Assembly (NCBI RefSeq): GCF_006345805.1
Contig: NC_042997.1
Location: 119,908,001-119,972,000, forward strand
Length of the DNA: 64,000 nucleotides
DNA from: Octopus sinensis
Taxonomy: Eukaryota
Direction: 5' to 3'
The notes beneath the pieces were generated by a model that worked only from the letters and a program-made list of their open reading frames with translations, was not told the DNA's origin and ran no database searches. Made by a program: the position numbers and the translations under genes. Positions 39,150 through 52,107 of this stretch are shown here, in pieces (the first letter of the stretch is position 1; each line of letters starts with the position of its first letter).

Positions 39150-39300
39150 CTTTTACTCTTTCATTATTTTACTTGTTTCAGTTATTTGACTGTTGACATG
39201 CTGAGGCACCGCCTTCAGTCGAGCAAATCGACCCCAGGACTTATTCTTTGTAAGCCTAGTAATTATTCGATCTGTCTTTGTAAGCCTACTACTTATTCTA
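39150..39300 (-). mobile_element. SINE 3' tail fragment (18241 family); copy at about 59020-59160
   Basis: Reverse complement GGGGTCGATTTGCTCGACTGAAGGCGGTGCCTCAGCATG...CTGAAACAAGTAAA. Confidence 0.7.
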
Positions 39301-39344
39301 TAGATTGTGTATTTCTATAAATCATCATCATGGAATTTGAGTGT

Positions 39345-39620
39345 TTCCTTGGAGATACCGCATGCGATAAATATGTATTCCATCTTGTGTGTCATGGTGC
39401 AAGGTCCTCTTGTCAGACATAGAGTCTTCCAGTACCAAACCTCTTAACCCATGGCAGCATTACCTCTTCAAGGTATTTGATCAATGCCTCTATTTTGAGT
39501 CTGAGTACGCGTGGGAAGGTGAATGGAGGCATAACGTCTACGTAACTACTGACCACTCCAAAAACCATGATATTGATTGGATGTTTGATGTTTATCCCTT
39601 ACCCCATAGATGCTGGTGGC
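39345..39620 (-). mobile_element. Tc1/mariner-superfamily transposase fragment; copy at about 59210-59480
   Basis: Minus strand KHPINIMVFGVVSS..DVMPPFTFP..L...YLEEVMLPWV...V*QEDLAP*H matches the DD(x)D catalytic region. Confidence 0.7.
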
Positions 39621-39879
39621 ATATATAAAAGTACCCTTTAAGAACTGTATACTTGAAAAGTATACAACTATATCATTACACTAAAATTTGAGAAACAAAC
39701 ACTTTTTTTTTTTAAAACTTCTTTGTATGAGATTCATACCATGAAATTTCTGGAACTGAGCTCAAATACTTAAGCTTAATTAAAATATAGTTTCTTTTTT
39801 AAATAAACAATATTCATTAAGTGAATTTGTATTTAACAGCTTATTATTATGCAAAGATGATTTGTGAAAGGTAAAAAAA

Positions 39880-41060
39880 ACGGGAAACTTATACAGAGTT
39901 ATCAAGGCTTATTACCTAGAATTCCTTAGATAAAAAATACAAAAGCACTATAGGATTACCGGTAAAAGTGCAATCAGGACCGCCAACCCTGAGACTAATA
40001 AAATTATGGAGAAATATGTCTTACAGATGAAGATAAAATCACTTGGTCCCAACAAGCTCCTTTCATTATAAAGGCTCACAAATCAAAATTATGAATTCAA
40101 TGTCCTTCTAGATCTGATATCAATATATTTAGCAAAAATATTCTAGATAATTATATACCTACCTTAATTAAAAAAGTTAAAGCGTAATTTATGGTCTAAT
40201 TCGTTTTAAATGGTCGTCATGTCAATTCTATCGATAAAAAGAAGCGCACTAGCTTCATCCAGTTTGACATTTCTAGTTTCTGTTCCTCTATTAACCCAAC
40301 TGTACTGAACAAGGCACTCTGACTTTCACACAAGAAAGCAGGTCTCACCAGAGATGAATTCAATGTCGTGTTAGCTGCCAGAAAATATATTCTTAAATTT
40401 CATAACAAGCTGTGCGTCCGTAAAGATACGTCGGACTCTTTGATGTCACGATGGAAAGTTCTCATTCAGCATGAATCGCTGTAGAAAAGAATTTTTCCCA
40501 GAATTCAAGATACTATTCGATTATTCGTTCACACCGAATCGGGATAGGGCTTTCTAACGCCTACTCTTTTAATACGTGATAAACGTAGGGACATTCATAT
40601 TTTTAATACCAACCATTCTTTAAATATTAATAGCCTCATTGTTAGTGTTTCGGATGTGGATTCCAATCGCATTCGATTCCTTGTCAATAATCTTAAGATT
40701 AGAAATTCTATTTATGAATGTAAAATTACTTCCGGTTCTGACGTCTGTTTTTATATTGGTAGTTCATCATCTCAGTTGTCCAAAATAATATTTATTCATT
40801 ACCCTACATTTATACATATCAATTATCGTGACAATACTGGGTTGAGAGCTTAGTAAATTCGTTTAGTCTCTAAAGGATCATAGTAAAGTATATGATTTGG
40901 AATGGAATATTCTATCTAAATCATTTCCGTATGATAAAAGTAAATATATTTGTTCTAGTAATGATGAAATGTCTTTCCTCCTGTTCTTAGAGAATCATCT
41001 TGTAAACAAGTTAAAAGAACGCGCTTTTCGTTGCAATCAATGGTAAAGACATACCTTTAG
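39880..41060 (+). mobile_element. Degenerate Penelope-like element (RT plus C-terminal GIY-YIG), internally deleted; copy at about 59745-60940
   Basis: SFIQFDISSF, ARKYILKF, FDVTM, SIYECKIT...FYIGS, YDLEWNIL; same type as 48241-52100. Confidence 0.7.
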
Positions 41061-41666
41061 TTCATATAAGTGATTTCTACCATTCTATAAAAATCGACAT
41101 TTAACTGTCTTTTTACATTTCAATGCCACTAATTATATTTGTTTTCATGCATGTAAAATTTATTCCTATTTACCTCTCGCACTATATTTCAACACTTTTA
41201 ATCTTCTGTTAATTTCTTTCTTCCTCCTACTCTTTCTGTAAATTTCCTTTGGCGTTATATATATTAACGGTTTTTTTTTAAATAACTTTCCAGCGTCCCC
41301 TTCATTTTATATGCTGTAATCACATTCGGTTAAAATGTCTTATTAATGAGTTTGTTTTCTTTTGTTTCCTGATGAGGAGACTGATTTGTTTTACATCATT
41401 TTATTCCTTCTGGAATAATACCATAAAACATATGTCGGAAGTATAAAGATTTGAATAACACATACATTTAACACAATTTATTTTTTAAACTATTTTAATC
41501 AAAAACATTTCACCAAAACCTGGATTTTTTATCTTTATTAGTGGGCGGTTACAGCCTTGGTACTTGTGTGAATTTTTGCTACCCTGGCAGCTATTTATTT
41601 ATCTTTTTCTCTGTTATTTGCAAGCTTTGAAATATACACATAAATTCATATGCATACATATCTATC

Positions 41667-41744
<78 letters not shown>

Positions 41745-41751
41745 CTATCTA

Positions 41752-41828
<77 letters not shown>

Positions 41829-41924
41829 TTATATATATCGCCATGTTGATTCGCTAGCCTCTGCACGCATCTTTTCTCACCTTTTTTTCTCTCCTTGTTT
41901 CTTTCTGTGTTTCTTTTCTGTATA

Positions 41925-41962
41925 TCTTTCTGTTGAAGAGCGTAGGCTCGAAACGTAAAAGA
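41925..41962 (+). ncRNA. Minimal type I hammerhead-like motif in a short (TA)n-associated repeat
   Basis: Stem I TCTTT/AAAGA, core CTGTTGA (A6 to U) plus A, stem II GAGC-GTAG-GCTC, GAAA, palindromic ACGT stem III, GUA cleavage site. Confidence 0.55.
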
Positions 41963-42058
41963 CTTGTTTTATTTATATTCCTGAGCGCCATACTAATACA
42001 ATTATTTGTTTGTATTCCACCTGCCTACGTCTTTTGATTATTTTCATAAAGCTTCCCG

Positions 42059-42133
<75 letters not shown>

Positions 42134-42675
42134 TGTATGTCTGTATATATGCATGAATTTATGTATGTATGTGTGTATGTATTTGCATCCATCTAATGAC
42201 AAGCATAATTAATAATACTATAACGTATAAAATCTTTTTTAGGAAAAACCATGTAGAATTTCATCAACCAATACAATGTAAATTCGTAAATTATGCTTAT
42301 CAATTATCTTACTTCTTTTCACACTGCTTTAACACCCTCTTTCCTCATTATTATATTCAAACTTTTATTAATAATCTTTACGTATACTCGGTGAGCATGC
42401 AAAATCATTTGCTCGTGATGCAAATACGCTATGCAGTATTTCTACTGACATTACGCTCTGTGTTCAACTTCTCCCATGATCTGATTTGCTTGCACATCTC
42501 TTGAGGATCTATTCAAATAATTAAACATGAAGACTTGGGATCGATATTATCAACTAACAGCCTGCCACTAAATTTCATGTATTGTTCCTGAAATTGGTAC
42601 TAATCTTGTGTATTAATAATTGTGTCTCACTTGGTCTATAAAAAATAAAGTTTTCAACGGAATTCAGAAGTTTCG

Positions 42676-43853
42676 TTATTTCAAAACTTTTCTCGTTGCA
42701 ATGGGGTGATTCATGCGTTTATTTAAATCGTTCCACAGTTTGTACATAATTTCGGTTTGAGGTACATGGTAAATAGCAATCTTTCTTTTGATCTCCTTCG
42801 AAATTTCATGCAAGGAATTACTAACACCAAATATATAGGCCGAATCATAGTTGGTATGTTTTATACCTAATGCATTGACTAGCATACCAGTTACATAAAC
42901 ATCATCGACCCAAAAACGCGGAACTTTTAACGAAATTTTGAGTAAACGGACAGGCATGTCAGGGCTCAAGATATAAGCAGATCCTGAGCAATAAACTTCA
43001 AAAGTTTTATTCGGATATTCTTCAGGTGAAACATACCACTTACTCTCTTTGTTTCTGAGGACTGGCATTCCTTCCCATACATTACACAATATAAATTTTT
43101 TCCGAGCGTATTCGTACTGTTGTAGATATCTCAAATGTTTTACCACTTGAAAAATGTCGATTAATATATCATCATCTGTTTTCATTATATATGAGATATT
43201 GTGGCAGTTTGTTGCAATCCAGCGCAACGCTGTCATTGCTTTGGAATTTAAGTTCCGATACGTGTCGTTGAATTCAGTCTGTAATATGTCATTGTAACGG
43301 GCAGATTCTACTTTGACCATATCCATAACATGACGGTTGTTGACGACACCCATCACAAATAGTAACTTGGTTTTAAATTTACCCAACACTTTCTTGTCGC
43401 CCCATGTTTGCCGTATTGCCATTCGTCGCTTAGAGTTTCTGGTGCTGCGTGAATATAAACAATCATAAAATCATCAGGTACACATAATAAAGAAGGCTTA
43501 ATTATGTGATGTGTGTAATAAGGCAGCTCTTTTTCTGGCAACAACGACCATGAGGAGCTGTTCCTAAGTGAATTTTGAACTTTCAGAACCTCATTTCCTT
43601 TTGACTGTAAACCACCATAGACTGTTAATGATAAAACACGTACTAATGAACTATCAGTTTTCTTCTTATGTATATTTTCATCAATCGTGATATTGTTATC
43701 TCTGGCATTATCCCTCATTTTACGCATTTCAATCTCTTGCCGTGAAATCTTAAGTCGTTCCTTTGTAGAATTTACATGAAGAAGAAGGTAAATTGAAGAG
43801 ATGATTAGCAAGAGGAGAAGCATGTGGAATCTTCTGGATCGGCGCAGCAACAT
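42676..43853 (-). pseudogene. GT31 galactosyltransferase paralog 2; 1-nt deletion at about 43437/43438 (pseudogene or sequencing error); chimeric
   Basis: ORFs 43353-43853 and 42676-43422 join into a full protein if one C is restored (TAGAGTTCTCTGG in paralogs 1 and 3, TAGAGTTTCTGG here). Confidence 0.8.
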
Positions 43854-44309
43854 TACTGCCGTATTTCATTATATGTAGAGCCTTTTGCTTTAGAAAATTC
43901 ACTTCAAATTCAATACCAATTTGAACTGTAATAAGAAAATGAAAAGAATTTTGTGAAACAAATCAAATTAATATTCGTGATTATAGGTATAAATACATAT
44001 ATGCTTATATATTCACATATATATGCATACACACATACATGCATACACACATACAGGTATACATATATATTTTTATAACTTGGTGCATGCTCGATGTCGC
44101 TCTCAACCACATTTTTACTTTCAAACAATATATATATGTGTATATATGTATGTGTATGTGTGTGTATATGTGTGCATGAAGATATGTATGCATACGTATG
44201 GTACCAATGATAGAAAATGTATTCCATTCAAAGAGAGATATACATACTACACTGCGGAAGAATTTCCATTTTTGTCTATTGATTTAAATTTAACAGCTAA
44301 TTCGAGGTA

Positions 44310-45580
44310 ATTCGTATGCGCATGCTCTCTCAGTTCCTGATTTTGTTTAAATACACATTGTATCGAGATCCCAGATTTCGACACTGCGACGACATCTGCG
44401 GCATTCATGTGAAATCCCTATTCCGCATGCCACTTGTAGAGGTAGATCAAGATATTTCAGAGAATGTTGTTATGATCTCTGAGACGTGTGACACTGATTT
44501 TGATCTGAGCGGTTTGAAAATCAAAATGATCCGCAAAAGCCTAACTACGCAGTGTTGAATGATCTTCTAAAGGATCTAGATTTTCTAAAAAAGCTGCGGT
44601 AATTTTAGCTTCAAAATTTAGAGAGAAAAAATGCTTAATTAATCAAACATATACATTACATTGTTTTATTGAAAAATTATTAAGAGTTAAATAAAAATCA
44701 TCTTTGTTTGGTAGTATATATATATACACACAGTAGGAGATATATTGAATAGTTTACAAATAATAGTTTCGTACAGAGGAGAGTTTCGTATATTGCGACA
44801 AAGTACCTGGTTTGTTACTGGAGATGGGGGTTGAGTCTTACGATACAAATGAGGGCATCTGTTTTAAAGGAAAACAATTCTGAAGTGTGCATTACTGCAT
44901 AATGGCAATCTATATGGCTCGTTACCGATTGGGTACTCAAAAAATATTAGAGAAAATTATTCACATACAGAGAAGTTTTTAAATCTTATTAATATATGAC
45001 CGGATCGCATGTGTTCAATTAAAATTGTTAGTTTTCTGCTCGGACAAAAGCAGTGTACATTAAATATCCCTGTTTCCTTTGCTTATGGGTCAGCGGAGCC
45101 AAGGAAGACTATTATTTCTAACAAATCTGACCAGCAGAAACATCGCTTACTCTCGTAGAAAGAAAAAAAGAGTACAATATGTAAAAGCTTTTGATACGAT
45201 CGGCTTGTGTTTCAAATTCTTATGGTATCAAAGAAAGGTTGCGATTTTCCTAATGTCATGAATGAATGCGAACAAAATGCCTGGTTCTTATTCATGGAAT
45301 TGATAGAAAACTTTAGAGGGAAATCAAAGGGCAGATAACTACGAAGTAATCATGAAAATAAACGAAATCACTTTTTAAATTACTACACAGAGTTAGGGTG
45401 CAATATATTTTAGATAGTCTTCTTGACGAATTCCCAAGTAATATAAGCTCTGTAAATGACGGACAACTGGAAAGATTCCACCAAGATATGAGAATTGTGG
45501 AGTAACAGTATAAAGGATACTGGGATTCCAGCATGATGGCTGATTACTGTTTCATTAGTATGTTTGGTTAGATTGCTTGA
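44310..45580 (+). mobile_element. Chapaev-3-like transposase remnant, duplicated copy
   Basis: Near-identical to 28500-29760. Confidence 0.65.
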
Positions 45581-46182
45581 TAAGTGAGCTGCCATCAACA
45601 ATCACATGCGCTAGAAAGTTTTATGAAAGAAAAGTTTCAGCAGAGTGAAAGCTGGATGCTGACATATTTTTCCACTTTGTATGAATATTTTATCCCGTTT
45701 CTGCTGTTCTATCCGCATTTGTGCATTTGAAATATATTATTATCTTATTTTTAACTCACAATAAATACTTCAGCGCTTCAAAGGCGAACGTGCTTTCTAT
45801 GTAATGTCCCAACAATGTTTTTTACCTCATCATACCTTCTATCATATAATTTTTATATATATTTTATGTATATTTTTTATATATTTTTTTATGTATTTTT
45901 ATATAACTTTTTATGGCGAAAAATGCGAGTGAAGATGTGTACGTTTACATAGCGATGTAGTTACAACACACAGTAATCTCCCTTTGTATAACGGTTTTTT
46001 TCATAGCGTTTTCAAATAGCCAGATAACCGAAGAGATGGCGTTGTGGATTCCCACTTCGGCATCTGAAACTCAAAGTTTTATCTTGACTATCGAGTAATG
46101 TAACATATTATTTTATAGATAAATTTCCTCTATTTACATAATATTGAGGTCTCTCTCTTTCTTTTCTTATCTTACCGTTTTA

Positions 46183-46248
<66 letters not shown>

Positions 46249-46434
46249 CATTATTTACATAATTTACATTTGATTGACGGATGTTTGTACTTATCTTGTC
46301 TCATGTTAACACAAATTTGCGACTGATACGGCTGATATATCCTCGAGGCTTCGTCAGGTGTCTTGCGGAAATTTCGAACACTGGTTCTCATACATAATGT
46401 ATTTTTCGATGTTATAACATAATAATAATAATAA

Positions 46435-46509
<75 letters not shown>

Positions 46510-46510
<1 letters not shown>

Positions 46511-47002
46511 GAAAAGGTCACAGAAAACGAGAAAGCAACCATACTCTGGGATATGCCGACACACAGATAGAGAAATTAAGGCCAACAGACCAGATATAAT
46601 TGTCAGAGATCATGAAGATAAAAAATGCTTTCTAATTGATGTATCAATACCGGCAGATGACAACGTGTCCTCTAAAGAAATGGAGAAACTCTCAAAATAC
46701 AAAGACCTGGAAATAGAGGTAACTAGAATGTGGAACCTGAAAACAGAAACAATTCCTATCATAGTAGGTGCAGTAGGCATGGTAAAAAAATATTCAGACA
46801 AATACATAACAAAAACACAGGACTTACAAACACATATAACATACAGAAAATTGCACTACTAGGCACTGCACACATCCTACGCAGAACACCTTCCATACAA
46901 TAACCATCAGAGCATCACCACCACAATCACAGCACATACCCAAGGCACACAGAGCTGCGCTCGGTAGTGAAGTGAAAGCACGCTATAAAAATAAAACTAC
47001 TG
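46510..47002 (+). mobile_element. R4/Dong family C 3' fragment, duplicated copy
   Basis: Near-identical to 30686-31179, with small deletions. Confidence 0.88.
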
Positions 47003-47021
47003 AATAATAATAATAATAATA

Positions 47022-47062
<41 letters not shown>

Positions 47063-47224
47063 TAATAATAATAATAATAATAATAATGTTAATAGAACTA
47101 GTAATTCGAAATTTTCCCAAGACCCCTGAATGCTGGATGTATTTCAGGATAGGGATAAATATACTTTAAATGTAAAGAATGTAAACAATGTACCTAATTC
47201 CTCATCTCTAAATATAGATCTGTG

Positions 47225-47284
<60 letters not shown>

Positions 47285-48193
47285 ACCTTAATATCCAAGA
47301 CCGGCACATGCAGTTAAATTATGATAGAAACACTCAAATGCCAGCACATTCGAAATCAGGAAAAATATATATATATATATAAACTCCAGCGTAGTTTAAA
47401 ATAACAGTTCACAATATATAAATATCTGATAACGGCAATTGACTTTACCCTCTAAACTACACATAAACTTAAGAACACAAAAATCTACTAACTTCTAAGG
47501 ACAACAGTGTTAGCTAATTAAAATATAAAAGAATTAAAAACCAATATACAATCCCCTAAAACTAATATGGCTCACAATATCAGATAAATTTCAATGAAGC
47601 CTCTAAAGATATGTCAAAATTAAAATTAAAATTACCCTAACACTACCCTAACACTAACCCTAACCCTAACCCTTCTTCATTGTCCCTGTTTCATCTACTC
47701 CACGTTCGAAGGTAAGGACAAGAAGCGACTTCTTTGAAACAGTCCTTCCCGCAAAGCAAATTGAATAATATTTGGGACTTTTTGCGAAGGGGTAAAAGTG
47801 GTAACAAGAACAGAGTAAGAAAAAAAAAAACAAGACGGTAAAAACAATAAAAGTAAAAACAGTAAAAGTCAGAACAAAGAGAATAACACTGTGTCAACTC
47901 CAGCATCGGGACCAACTTCAAGCGACTATTAAGGCACGCTAGAAAACACTGCTCCTCTAAAGGAAATCTTACCTGTCATTGAGGTTTGTCAGACAAAGAC
48001 AAGCAGTTGGCCACTCTAGAAAGCACACAGTAAATGCTCCACAAGCATCCAAACAGAATCAGTCCTCAATTCCTTTCATATGGTAAAACGTTTTCAAGGC
48101 ACCAGCACGCCAGAAGAAACACATTCGTGTCCATAGAACATGAATAAGGCTTTATTTTACCTAACCCTCATTTGTCTTTCACGAGATGAGAAT

Positions 48194-48240
<47 letters not shown>

Positions 48241-48241
<1 letters not shown>

Positions 48242-51200
48242 CTTTTCAGCAAGAATGGAAAAAAAATAAACTTCGAGTTTTCCCCTAAAGACTTCCCCCT
48301 CCATAGTAAAGATGAGTATTATTGGCTACTCATTCACAGGATAAACGATTTCATTAGAAGGATTAGATGGAGAACATACCACTTCGATATCAAACATAGA
48401 AGAATACGAAACGAAGGATTACTAATAAGAAGTTCGACGGAATATTTAGAAGCAGGAGAGCCCACCTCCAAATCCACTCCTTGATAATTTTGAAAAAGAC
48501 CTACTCAACCTCATAGAAAGAATTAAATTCAAGGATCACCCGTTAAGATATAATCACCACCTCAAGCATCTCAGTAAATTTATAAAATCAACTCGAAACA
48601 AGAAAGGAATTTTAGTACCAGCTGACAAAACGGGCAATTTTTATAGAGTAGACTATTCACTCTACAGCATTCTAATTAACAAGGAGCTTAACTCCAAATA
48701 CAAAACTACTACCAAAGGAAAGTTGAAGGAAACTAACTTAGAAATGAAAGCTATTATGGAAAAATATGATCTAGCAGACAGAACTGAACCAATTGTACCA
48801 TGCGAACCTAGGATTAATCTTAAGGACCATAAAAAGAATTTTCTGGAAAACCCGTCGGTAAGACTTATTTGCCCAACTAAGTCGGATATTGGCCGACTTA
48901 GTAAATCTATCCTAGATAATATCTTACCCCAAATAACCCCACTTCTTCCCTTAAGCCTGTGGATAAATACCGATGAGGTCCTTAAATGGTTTAATTCCCT
49001 AACTAATACGAATAATTTAGCCTTCATTCAATTCGATATAAATAACTACTACTCTAGCATTTCCCCTATCCTACTAAATAAATCGCTTATATTCGCGATG
49101 AATCGCTCCCTCATATCTAGAGAAGAAATAGACATTATACTTTTAGCTAGAAAAACATTTATTGAATTTGAGGGAAAATTATGAGCCAGAGCTGATACCC
49201 CTAACTTTTTCGATATTCCTATGGGCTCAAGTGATTCGGCTGAGGTAACCAATTTAGTAGGAGCATATCTACTGAAATGCATTAATAAAGAGATCCCTGA
49301 ATTGCAAGGTGGTCTATATAGAGATGATGCTTTGTTTGTTGTAAATACCAATAATAAATCACACATAGAAAGAATTAAAAAGAAGATTAATAGGTTCTTT
49401 AAAGATTTCAACCTTAGCATAACCTATGAACCAAACATTAAAATAGCTAATTTTCTAGATATTACTTTAGACCTTAACTCCAAACTACATTATCCATTTA
49501 GAAAGGAAGGGGAAATCACTAGTTACGTAAATAAATTATCTAATCATCCCCCAAATATAATAAATTCCTTAGATAGAAATATTTCCATAAGAATATCCAA
49601 ATTATCATCTAATTTTAATATATTTAACTCACACTCAGGACATTACAATGAGGCGTTATCTAGAGCAGGATATAACCAGAAAATTACTTTTGAAGATAAG
49701 GAAAAACTAGGAACTCATCATAATAATTTAAGTAAATTAAACAGCAATAACCACATAAATAACAAAAATGATCAAGTCGAAAAGATACATAGATGTGGAT
49801 CTAATACAACATCTAATCGTAATGATAAGTATAAGGATAAATACATAGACCATAACACAGATAGCCCTGATAAGGCAACCTTAAATAAAATAAAAATTAA
49901 GAAACACACTATTAGTAACATAGACAACAACAATGACCATACCAGAAAGGATAGTAGAAATAGATTTACAACGGCAAGTACCCTAATGATATTAAGAATA
50001 TTAATAAAAACATAACAGAGAGATACTTATAATAAGGGTAAAATAAACTTGGATAAAACTAGCAAACATGCTAACAGGAACATTAATAAGTACAAAGAAT
50101 CTGATGATGGGACGATTAATTCTAATAACCCTAACTCTAGTGGGAAAAATTCTAGCAGCCCTAACTCTAATTCTAAGAAATTTAATAAGAAAACATAATA
50201 TGGCTAAACATCCCTTTTAACTGTGCGGTTTCATCAGATATTCAGGGTAGATTCAAAACAATTCTAGAAAATAATTTCCCATCCTCTCATAGATATCATA
50301 AAATTATTTCTAAAAAAACAGTCAGAATTTCTTATTCAACTCTCCCAAATATGTCCACTTTAATAGCTAAGATCAATAATAATAACATAAAACTAGCCAG
50401 AAATAATTTAATAAATAAAAATAAAAATACAACGGAAAATTGTAATAACAGTACGAAAAGTAATAATTGCAACAATAATAATAATAACAATAATGAATGT
50501 CATAAAATAAATATAACCAAAAGCCATGGAATTGTTAATAACAATAATAACATAAATAGGAATGATTATGTTAGTAATAGGAATAATACCATGAATGTAA
50601 GTACAGTGAATGAGAGTAACAACATTATCAGCAACAACACTACACATCTGGATAACAATATCGACAACAATACTAATAGCATCAACAATATCAGCAATGA
50701 TAGTAGAGTTATAGAACCAAACGATAGTGTAGGAATACCGACAAATGATAATACTACTTTAGAAGATAACATCAACTGCAATAATGATAACATTATTTTA
50801 GATAGCAGCACCAGCACACAATAATAATAATAATAATAAAGTAGGGCTTTAGAACCAAATGAAAATGTAGGAATACCTATAAATGATAATACTGTTTTAG
50901 ATAATAATATTAACTACAATAATGATAGAGTTCTTTAGATAATAACAATAATCAAAATCATGATAAATTTACCCGCTCTGCTTCGAGCAACAGTAATATA
51001 AGACTTCAATCCTCAAGGTATTCCACCTCTAATTATAATGCCCCTAGATGTAACTGCAGAATTAAATCAAAATGCCCGGCCCCTGATTTATGCGGGTTAA
51101 TTAACATAATCTATAAGTGCTCCGTAACCACAGATAATAATAAGTTCTCTTATGTTGGATGCACTGTAAATTTTAAACAGAGATTGAATAACCATCTCTC

Positions 51201-52100
51201 ATCTTTTAAATTACGTCATAAGGCTGATAGCACTACTCTTTCTAGTAAAATTTGGGAACTAAAAAACAATAATATCAAATATAACCTTAATGGGAATTAG
51301 TCAGAAGAGCAAAACCCTATAAATAGCAGAGTAGGCTGCCAACTTTGCTCCATGGAAGCATTTGAAATACTAATGTATAAAAATAATGGAGAAATTCAAT
51401 TAAACAGCAGAATTGAACTTGGAAATTCTTGTATACATGCTCGGTTTAAGACTCTTAAATATTTTAAATGATATTTTAAATCATATCTCAATTGATAACT
51501 GTATACTGGAATCATTTTACATAAAATTCATTTTGACTTACATATCACTCCTACATAGTATATTATATATTTAAATATATTTAACTGGAAAGATAAGTTC
51601 TAACTAGCTATGATTATAATTTCTTCTCTCTCTGATGGTACTATTTAATACTTATTGACTTAAATTATTTGATTTATTTCTATTGGACCATATTATTAAT
51701 AAATTAAATTTTGCTCTATTTTTATCTCCATTTCTTAGTCTATTTTTTATCCCATTACAAATATTAGTTAGTTAATTCTCTTAATTTCTTTTAAACTTTA
51801 AAAATTAATTCTGCTAATACCAGACCTATCGTAGTGTATTGTGATGTGATATAATATATCAAAATAATATAATATAATATAGTGTAGTGTATTATAGTTT
51901 AGTATAATAATAATATAATTGTTTAATTTCATTTAAAAACATTATGTATGTATTATAGTTTAGTATAATAATAATATAATAGTTTAATTTCATTTAAAAA
52001 CAACCCCATTTTTCTTTCCTTTCTAATGACCTCTTTGTAACCTGACAATCTATTAATAGTAACATAAACGGAGTTTATGATTCATGTGTGAGTGTGTGTT
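48241..52100 (+). mobile_element. Near-full-length Penelope-like element (RT plus C-terminal GIY-YIG; resembles the Hydra clade), ORF about 48255-51471 with frame disruptions
   Basis: VPADKTGNFY, LKDHKKNFLENPSVRLICPTKSDIG, IQFDINNYY, MGSSDSAEVTNLVG, LYRDD, FLDITL, IWLNIPF, ISYSTLPNM, IIYKC..YVGCT..FKQRLNNH, CQLC; follows (TA)n; 3' end approximate. Confidence 0.88.
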
Positions 52101-52107
52101 CTTGATA

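Larger units (their letters stand above)
27045..42845. repeat. Tandem segmental duplication, unit A (about 15.8 kb)
   Basis: Colinear and near-identical by eye to about 42846-62727, except 32366-32702 versus 48197-52622; stop-codon spacing 15804. Confidence 0.9.

Noticed and set aside
41373-41420. Hammerhead at CTGATGAGGAGA downstream of the degenerate Penelope-like element
   Set aside because: The GAAA and stems I and III are not intact in any of the three paralogous copies.
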